NCBI GenBank assembly: GCA_024626585.2
Contig: JANKJI020000002.1
Location: forward strand, 25,281,084 to 25,298,274
Direction: 5' to 3'
Length of the DNA: 17,191 nt
Source of the DNA: Ginkgo biloba
Lineage: Eukaryota; Plantae; Ginkgophyta
The translations under genes and the position numbers were made by a program. A model generated the notes under the pieces. It did no database searches, was not told the origin of the DNA, and saw only the letters and a list, made by a program, of their open reading frames with translations. Position 1 is the stretch's first letter. The number at the start of each line of letters is the position of its first letter. This document shows, piece after piece, positions 9,165-17,191 of the stretch.

Positions 9165-10971
9165 CTGCAATAAGTTAGAATAAGCATTGATGTACTGAAC
9201 TTCACTTGGAATCCTTGGCAAGAGACCTGAAATTAGTGCACAAAGAGTGCTTGTTGGGTCAAACAAGCTTTCATCCCTTCAAATAATGTCTACCATACAG
9301 AGTTTTCCCACACACTTCCAACCTTCTAGCTCATGGCCCTCATTTATCTTCCTCCCCAAGCTATGATTATAGTTCCATACCCCAATCTCAGTCTCATGAC
9401 ATTACTTTAAGGCCTTCAGGCATCNNNNNNNNNNNNNNNNNNNNNNNNNNNNNNNNNNNNNNNNNNNNNNNNNNNNNNNNNNNNNNNNNNNNNNNNNNNN
9501 NNNNNNNNNNNNNNNNNNNNNNNNTTGGAGCAAAAACATTAAAAATCAAGGCCAATATTCGAGGATTATATAGCCTTCACTGATTCAAGTAGTGCACATA
9601 CCTTCATTGAACTTGATTTGACAACACCTTTCCAATTACTTCCAAGGACAATTCCATAAATTCAAATCAAAACAAGTAGTCAAACCATTCTATACTAATC
9701 AAAGTGTTAATAAATTAAGTTGACAATGAGTAACTACAATTTTAATTTTAGTTTTTATGCAATTCATCTTGAAGGAGTATAAGTTGTGCTAGGAGTTGAA
9801 GACATGAGGCACCATACTGAATATCATAGTTCAAGAAAGGATGAAAGATAAACTTGCAAGGAATTAAATCGCATGGAATGACAGATGTTGAATCACATCA
9901 AATGAATATTAAGAAGGAAATAAGACAAGACCAAGATAAGCTACAATCTTAGCATACAAAGCAATAAATAAGGAACAAGCAAAAAGGCCCGACAAGAAGC
10001 AAGTACAAATTCTTGATAGTGGCAACTCACCTACCATGAAGGAAGAGCCAAGTTCCAAACAAATGTGTCAAATTTGCGACTGTAGATGTCAAGATCCAAT
10101 CTTTATTTCACTTATTCAGAAAAATCAAGCTACATATTTTATTTTTTAGAAAGAAGTCTCTAGTTTCAAATCCAGACTATCCAGAAAACTACATTTCAAG
10201 TTAACTTAAAACTCATATTTTTTTTTAGCCATTTCCAAAGGGTTTCGCAAAAGCAAAACTTTCTACAATAAATTTGGTAAGACTTTGTAGGATATTTAAA
10301 CATATATCCTCAAAGCAAACATCAAGGCACATAGACACATATTGCGTCAATTTTGGTTACATATGCCCCTGAAAAGATAAGCACAAGATTACTTGTAGTG
10401 TTGAGGTCGTTACGAGTAAGCAATTGGAATTGCGATATTTCAAGCACCAAACTTGTGAAATTTTTTTTTAAATTGCAAAATTTGGAATATGTAGATCTTA
10501 CTAGCCAAAATATGTATAAGAAATGTTAATCTTGGCAACCGTATGACATCAAACTCCTAAAAGATAGTACAAGTTTTGGAGCCAATTTTAGGGTTTCTAC
10601 CAATGTGCAATAGGAATGAACATATTTTTGCATTTTTTCGATGTTTTNNNNNNNNNNNNNNNNNNNNNNNNNNNNNNNNNNNNNNNNNNNNNNNNNNNNN
10701 NNNNNNNNNNNNNNNNNNNNNNNNNNNNNNNNNNNNNNNNNNNNNNNGTCATGATGCAAGATGCCAGAAATACACCATATGACCTCTTCAAAGTGATGGA
10801 GGATAACTTTTCACACACACGTCTTTTCAAAAATTCAAAAAGTAAAATAATGCCTCTAAAAACAAAGTTAGTTGTCACATTTCATATTACCACGGGGTTT
10901 TCTCCGTAAGCACTTTTTGATAAATTTTTATTGTAAGGTTAAAACTTAGGTTTCCTTCGAAAATATTTGAA

Positions 10972-10992
10972 TTTTTTTTTTTTTTTTTTTTT
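10972..10992. repeat. Poly(T) tract, 21 nt, next to an assembly gap
   Basis: Direct count of the T run. It could be a retroposon poly(A) tail on the minus strand or a simple mononucleotide repeat. Confidence 0.85.
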
Positions 10993-11034
10993 ATNNNNNN
11001 NNNNNNNNNNNNNNNNNNNNNNNNNNNNNNNNNN

Positions 11035-12314
11035 TCATCATCTGCTAATTGTTGATTCCTATTATTCTAGTTGCTCTCCTATCCGTCTCCTCCATGACGT
11101 TCTCGTTCCATGGCAATCAGTGTGGCTCCTTCAACCTCCTCAAGACTTGCAACGACATCTCCTTCGTTCTGCATAGGGAAGGCAGGCCTCACCACTGGCT
11201 TTTATCTTCAACAACAGCGAACCCACAAGCATCTATGTAGTATCTCCGAGCGACGTTGCTTCATGACCTACGCAAATCTTTGGAATTCTCTATCTGACGA
11301 ATCAGCCAAGTATTCAATCTTCTAATCGAACGACTATAAAGCAATAACCATCTATTCTTTCGACTGACATTCTCCAAGTCGTTGAAGTTCTATTGTTGTC
11401 TTAGCATTGGTATCCTTCATTCAGCTCATAAAAAGCCTAAGGCGACAATGATTCACCATGACCCTGCTTTGGGCGTGCCTTCCACAGTCGGGCATCTCAA
11501 CTTCATAGTTATTCCTGATCGTCTCTCACAAAAGGGCACCAACGTTCGGTTTAGTTCGCAGCCTCACACAACGTTTTGCTTCATTCCACAACGTCTTAGT
11601 CTTAGTGTTCCCCACTTTCAATCTTCAGAGCCGTGAAGCGGTTTCTTAGATGCCTTCTTCCGTTCCAACGTATTACATGGTTTCACTTGCATTCATATCT
11701 CACGACTTCTAAGCCTCATCTCTGTTGTACAACGCCTCACAACCCTCTATCTTTTGCAACAACTTTTTAGCGATAGTGACCTCCCATACAACGTCCCACC
11801 AAATGTGACCAAAAGTCCCACAATAAATGACTATCCAAACATTCAGTAGGCTTCTCAAATCTCCCATAATCTCATAGTGATTTCAACAACGATAAAATAT
11901 CCAACAGCCGATTCCAAAGAAATTAACATTCTTCAATTCTTCTTCACGAGATTTTTTCACATTCAACCACAGCTGCATTCTGTTACTAAAATCAACAACA
12001 ATGAACTTGACCTTCATATACACGAACCAATCTAAGGAATTTAACCCTTACAACTAACCTCATTAGTTTCACAGTCTAACAATGAACCTCTTTCAAATTT
12101 TCCACAAGATTTTCTTCCATCAAACACAAAAACAACAGTCCATGATACGTTCTTCACATAAAACACAAAATACAAGCACTTGCACCTGCTCCTTACACAA
12201 AAAATATAGTGAACCATGATAGATAAACTATCGAATTCACCATAAGATTAACACGAATGAAATTATGAAATACTGACCAAGGATACTTCTCGAACACTAG
12301 ACAACATTTCCTTA
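11035..12314 (-). mobile_element. Internal region of an LTR retroelement downstream of the iMet PBS; heavily decayed, possibly gag-like, no pol recognised
   Basis: Directly follows the LTR and PBS. The minus strand is G-rich. A weak gag-N-terminus-like 'VFDGRK' occurs at ~12110-12127. No intact ORF. The 3' end is lost at gap 10995-11034. Confidence 0.55.
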
Positions 12315-12326
12315 GCTCTAATACCA
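12315..12326 (-). promoter_or_regulatory. Primer-binding site complementary to the tRNA-iMet 3' end
   Basis: Plus strand GCTCTAATACCA reads TGGTATTAGAGC on the minus strand, one C>T change from the canonical TGGTATCAGAGC. It sits 2 nt downstream of the LTR terminal CA. Confidence 0.8.
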
Positions 12327-12328
12327 AA

Positions 12329-12669
12329 TGTAAAAATTGGTAAAAGAATTAGTCTAATAACAAAAATCAACAAGCACAAAATTACAAGGCANNNNNNNNN
12401 NNNNNNNNNNNNNNNNNNNNNNNNNNNNNNNNNNNNNNNNNNNNNNNNNNNNNNNNNNNNNNNNNNNNNNNNNNNNNNNNNNNNNNNNNNNCATAGTAAG
12501 TTAATTCTAAAGAATCTATAGTTAATTACATTGGGCAATTTTGACTTTCCCACTGAGATATAGATCACCCCATGACTTAAGAAACCCTATGTGGCATTGC
12601 AATCTCTAAAATAACTCCTTCAAGGGAAGCACCCTCTATTAAAGGACCCTCTTGGCTTTGTCCTTTACA
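12329..12669 (-). repeat. LTR with TGTAAA...TTTACA termini, interrupted by a 100-N gap
   Basis: Perfect 6-bp terminal inverted repeat: TGTAAA at 12329 and TTTACA ending at 12669. A PBS lies 2 nt outside the left end and a polypurine tract abuts the right end. The two halves are joined across N 12392-12491. Confidence 0.7.
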
Positions 12670-12687
12670 ATTTTCTCTCTCTTAAGC
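12670..12687 (-). promoter_or_regulatory. Polypurine tract (PPT) preceding the LTR
   Basis: Minus strand reads GCTTAAGAGAGAGAAAAT immediately followed by TGTAAAGG, the LTR start. Confidence 0.55.
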
Positions 12688-12799
12688 TCCTCACCAAGGA
12701 GTTTCATCAGCATGTGCAAAATATGTAATCAGGCCCCAATCATTAAGCTTCAGCTTTGGTACACCTTCCAATGCTAATTTTGGAGTGCTCTTAAAGGCT

Positions 12800-15320
12800 A
12801 TCCTTGACCCTCCTTTCAAAGACAATGTTACAAAAGTATGGACTGTAAAAATTAACCTTTCCTTCGTATAATGAGTCGTCCACATTACACAGTCACACTA
12901 CTCCATTGTCGACACAAAAGGCTCCCAACCACAAGATCTGTAACTTCTCAATTTCACTAACCCCTTCCCATGATACTCTTGTTTTCCAACTACTTATCAT
13001 GCCATGCCTTCCATCATTATAGGATAACAGCAGTAGTCCATTATGGACATCTTCATTTTTCATTTTGCCCTCCAAGCATGGTTGCCAACTTTTACAATCA
13101 CCTAAATGTTGTATAACTATCACCCGAAGGCATGGTAGTGTAAATTTGACAAACGTTAACAAACTCAGCTCCAAACATTAACTAGAATGGGGTTTGCTTA
13201 GTCATGGGTTTCTAAGTGGTGCAAAAATCCCATAGGGTGGATGACAAACGTTCTCCCTAATCACAATTATCTAACGCATATGCCTCATGAAGCATACTCA
13301 CCAATATTTTATTTGCGACACTTGATTTCTCGTTAGCTCGAGGATAATACATGTTTGATTTGAAGTGGGCAATCATAAATTCTAGGATTTAGTGTCAATA
13401 AGACAATTTTCAAAACACTCCCCCCCTCGATCACTTGTAATTTTGAAAGGACATCCAAAGCTAATGATGACTTCCTCATACAAGAATTTCCTAGTGCTTT
13501 GGGCAGAGCTTTGTGGCAATACCCAAGTTTAGACCCACTTAGTCAAATATTTTGCAATAACTATAATATAGCGACAATGTCCAATGTAGGACAACTTCTT
13601 CAAGGGACCTACAAAATCTAGGACCCAATTGTTGAAAAATCTCTTATGGTTATGCGAGATGAATTGGCATCTAGTTTTCTCTCCAAGCGACAACTAGTGC
13701 ATTGACATGATTCACACTATTCAACAAAATTTTGGGCATCAATAAAATAAACAGGAACGCCACAATCCTTTCATAGGAATCTTTCTTGCCATGCCATATA
13801 GTCGCATGGCCACCTACAAGTCTATGCACAAAACTCTATGCATCTCTTCAAAGATGATACATCTATGCAAGACGTAATCTTCGCCTATTTTACACAATAG
13901 CCATCCAACAAGCTAAAAAGGTATGGCTTTCTTCCAAATCTCTCTCCGTTCACCTATAGGTATTTCCACAAAGAATGTCCCTATGTTAAGATAGTCAACA
14001 ATGCCATTATACCATTCTAGAAATACAAATATCTTAAATAACTGGGCATTTGAGAATTCGTCAAAAACCCCAATTGCAGATTCTCCTGATTAGTTATGAG
14101 ATAAGTGGTAAACCACAATGTTTTTTTTCCCTGGTCAAACCCCAATTTGAAAATTAAACTCCTGGAAAAGAAGTAGCCATCGACTAATCAACACTTGAAT
14201 GATAGGCTTGTGGCCATATAAAGAAGAGCCTGGTGATCTACAACGAAAGAAAAAATAAAATATTGGCCAATAGATATTGCCATAGACCATAGACCATGCT
14301 CGATCCTTCACATTCTATAGTACTATAATTTTATTCTGTCATAGTGAGTTTCGTGCTACAAAAATAGATTCGTTGATCTAGGCCATGGGCACCCTCATAA
14401 ACCAGAGTGAACATAATAGCTAATTACGATGCATTCACATAAACACGAAATTCCTTACTCCAATTTGGGAAAGCCAAAATAGGCGCATTGACTAATTGAT
14501 CTTTCAAGTTCTCCAATGCCTATTAGTATTCATTTGCCAAAGGAAAGCAATATTAAATTGCAACAAATCACCTAATGGATCAACACTCTTTGCAATATTT
14601 TTTACTAAAATGATCGAATCCCGTCAACATTTATTGTAGGTTTTATCTGCAGAATAACTCGAATTTTATTTGCATCTAGCTTTAACCCTTCTTCACAAAC
14701 TACATGTCCTAAGCTCTACCCGCTAAGAACTTGGAGTTAACACATAGCTAGATCTAGAGCTAAGACTGCATAGAAACAAATCTCCATACATTCCTAAATA
14801 GATTGTAAGTGGTTGTGCTCGTCTCTATATACTACCCAATCATCTATAGGTGAGTTATCAAACAATTGTGTGATCATACGTTTAAATGTGGCTAGGGCAT
14901 TACACAATCCAAACAGCATCTTATTGTATGCAAAGTTGTAGAATTCAATCATAAATGTGGTCGTTGTACAATCCTTGCTTACAATGTTAATCTAATTATA
15001 ACCTAAAAATATGTCCAAAAGGAACATATGTNNNNNNNNNNNNNNNNNNNNNNNNNNNNNNNCGATCCATAAAGATACTGGAAAGAAGTCTTTCCTTGTA
15101 ACTGCAATTTCTACAAATCCACACATATCTATATCTTGCCATTTTTCTTTATGAAAACCACAATTGGCTATGCGCATTCACTTGAACGTACCTTAATGCA
15201 CACATCCAACATTTACTCAATCTTCGTCTACATCTAGCGACAAATTTAGGATTAGTACTATATGGCCATCGTCAAATCAGTTTAGCATCAAGCAACAACT
15301 CAATGCGATGCTCCCACAAC
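12800..15320 (-). mobile_element. Degenerate Ty3/Gypsy LTR-retrotransposon pol (RT - RNase H - integrase), no chromodomain seen; many stops, frameshifts and small deletions
   Basis: Manual minus-strand translation shows Gypsy domain order. RT: 'RKDFFP..HMFLLDIFLGYN*I..MLFGLCNALATFKRM..PIDDWVVY' (IDD at 14839-14847) and 'LGHVVCEEGLKLDANKI'. RNase H: 'LKDQLVNAPILAFPNWSKEFRVYVNAS', 'E*NYSTIE', 'VVDHQALLY'. Integrase HHCC: 'HRLVGGH..FVE*CESCQ' (~13700-13830). Integrase core: 'WVLDFVGPL..YLTKWV..FLYEEVIISFGCPFKITSDRG..YYPRAN..QTPF*LMFG'. GPY/F-like 'KLQILWLGAF' (~12920-12950). Ends are approximate. Confidence 0.93.
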
Positions 15321-15971
15321 TCCTTAAGNNNNNNNNNNTCGGGTGTTGTATGTCCATACAAAGACATCTTCATATTGATCAAAAAATTGTCACTACCTAC
15401 ATTATTTATAAGAGCCTACCTTAATTGCAAAGCTAACTAGGTTAGTTTATTCATCTCAAGATATAAATAAACAAATAGCAAGATATTTTATCTCATCAGA
15501 GTGCACATCAATATAAACATTGATCTCATTCAGAAAAGCATAATCATGTAAGAGGTAAGATTACACTACAGGGATAATCAAATAAGTTATTGAGGCATAC
15601 ACACACTACCACTATTGGCCATGAGAACCCCCCATAGAGTACTTAACCACACCTACTAACATAAACTTCCAATGCCATAAAGGCTAACTCTCGACCCCAA
15701 ATAGCCTCTCTGTCTGAGTACGCCCTTTGTACCTAGGGAGAGTTCCAAGGCAATACGCTCCTTGCCTCCATTTAACCAATACGGTCATCTCTCTCACTAG
15801 GATCGATAGCTCATGCACACAAGGCACACCAACCGCACTGTAGTGCTAATCAGTTGACAATAACAGTACCCNNNNNNNNNNNNNNNNNNNNNNNNNNNNN
15901 NNNNNNNNNNNNNNNNNNNNNNNNNNNNNNNNNNNNNNNNNNNNNNNNNNNNNNNNNNNNNNNNNNNNNNN

Positions 15972-17191
15972 CCCACTAATAGAGTATTGTGGACCCTCTA
16001 CAATATCAGTGGGCATACCCTAGGTATAGCAAATATCTATGACTCTAATTCTTACTCAGAATGGGCTCAGCTATGGCAATGTCTGGCTAATGAGCTCCCC
16101 ATTACGTCGTGGGTCCTCTGTGGGGATTTAAATATGATAGAGGATGCGGACAACCAAGTCGGAGAGTTTGGCTTGCGATGGAACAGGGCTAGGAAAAGAC
16201 CCTGGTTTGCTCTTAAAGCAAAGTTGGGGTTGTATGACCTGAACAGACCTTGGGCTAATCAAGCAAGAGGGACCTGGTTTACTTGGTCCAACTTTCACGC
16301 CAAAAATAAAAGGACCGTCAAGCGCCTCGACAAAGTCATGGTTACCAAGGCAGGAATATCAGAGGTAACATTTGATTCATCCCTAATGTGGGGCATCCTG
16401 AAGCAATTACAAGTTGGAGGCCCATTACTTTACTGAATGTCTCCTATAAAATCCTTGCTAAAGCAATTACAAGAAGGGTCAAGTTCTTGTTCCCTCATAT
16501 TGTGCAGCTAGAGCAAAAAAGGTTCATTAAGGGGCGTTACATCCTGGAGAACATCATTGGCATCTAGGAAGGGATGGAATGGACTAGACAATCCAATCAA
16601 GATAAACTGTTCATGAAAATTGACTTTGAGAAGGCCTACGACAAGATTGAGTGGGACTTCATTCTCATAATGCTCAAATCTCTTGGTTTTGACCCAAGGT
16701 TTGTTCAAATGGTGCAAACGCTCCTCTCTGATATGTTTGCCTCCATTTCCACCAATGGAACGCTCTCCAAGCCCTTTGATCTACAGAGGTCTATCAAGCA
16801 GGGGTGTCCTCTGGCACCTGCCCTTTATGTGATGGCTGTGGATGCCCTAGGCTATCTCTTAGCCAATAGAGTTGCAAAAGGAACTATAAGAGGTATCTCC
16901 CTTCCCCCNNNNNNNNNNGAGTGACGTGCAGTTGATTAATAGCCACTTTGCAAATAACTCTTTTGTAACGATAGAGGCCTCCCAAGTGTTGGGTACTGCC
17001 ACCATGCAATGCCTAGCTACCTTTTGTGAAGCCTCAGGTTCTAGTATTAAATGGAGAAAAAACCTGGGCTATTGGCAAGACGTGCAAGATGTTCCAGACT
17101 AGGCTCTCACTTATGACTGGAAATGCTCGTCTATTGTGGAACTTTTTTAATTCCTGGGAGTTCCCTTTGTCTTCTAGGCCTTGCTCACAGA
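15972..17191 (+). mobile_element. Degenerate L1-clade (plant L1/Tx1-like) LINE ORF2: APE endonuclease fragment followed by reverse transcriptase; runs off the window end
   Basis: Endonuclease motifs 'IANIY', 'WVLCGDLNMIE', 'WFTWSN', 'KRLDKVMV'. RT motifs 'SWRPITLLNVSYKILAK', 'EQKRFIKGRYILENI', 'KIDFEKAYDKIEWDFI', 'RSIKQGCPLAPALYVM', 'HFANNS' (decayed FADD) and 'FCEASG'. Contains in-frame stops and frameshifts. Confidence 0.95.

Larger units (their letters stand above)
1744..16918. other. Assembly gaps: 1744-2056, 3534-3633, 4352-4406, 9425-9524, 10648-10747, 10995-11034, 12392-12491, 15032-15062, 15329-15338, 15872-15971, 16909-16918
   Basis: Seen directly. Exact 100-N runs are the usual placeholder for gaps of unknown size, so adjacency across them is uncertain. 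Confidence 0.95.

Noticed and set aside
8704-9183. Longest ORF in the track (159 aa, plus strand)
   Set aside because: Composed of AT-rich non-coding sequence plus the antisense of the TPR-like exon. It has no domain and a non-ATG start.
9525-10970. AT-rich block resembling DNA-transposon or MITE subterminal sequence
   Set aside because: No TIR pair, TSD or transposase motif could be identified, and the block is split by gaps.
15339-15871. Possible LTR or leader of the Gypsy element
   Set aside because: Isolated between two gaps. No PBS, PPT or matching termini, and no similarity seen to the other LTRs.
1-17191. Prokaryotic systems (CRISPR array, retron, DGR, operons, rRNA)
   Set aside because: No regularly spaced repeats, operon-like ORF density or rRNA similarity. 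Both RTs carry clear eukaryotic Gypsy and L1 motifs.

Overview
AT-rich, CpG-poor eukaryotic DNA from a gapped scaffold with 11 N-runs, five of them exactly 100 N. The retroelement types suggest a land plant, possibly a non-seed plant (inference). The window is a mosaic of decayed transposable elements and gene relics, and I see no intact protein-coding gene. Best supported: a degenerate Ty3/Gypsy pol on the minus strand (RT-RNaseH-integrase, ~12800-15320); a degenerate L1-clade LINE ORF2 on the plus strand (15972-17191) with a large deletion between the endonuclease and RT; an LTR at 12329-12669 with an iMet PBS on one side and a PPT on the other; a second LTR plus PPT at 6737-7140; a tRNA-Met(CAT)-derived relic at 8641-8710; and a TPR-encoding pseudo-exon at 8902-9164. 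Several decayed reading frames in 1360-6736 could not be assigned to a family. I found no convincing intact novel biological system. The best leads are the LTR flanked by both PBS and PPT, the unidentified ORF relics and the orphan TPR exon.
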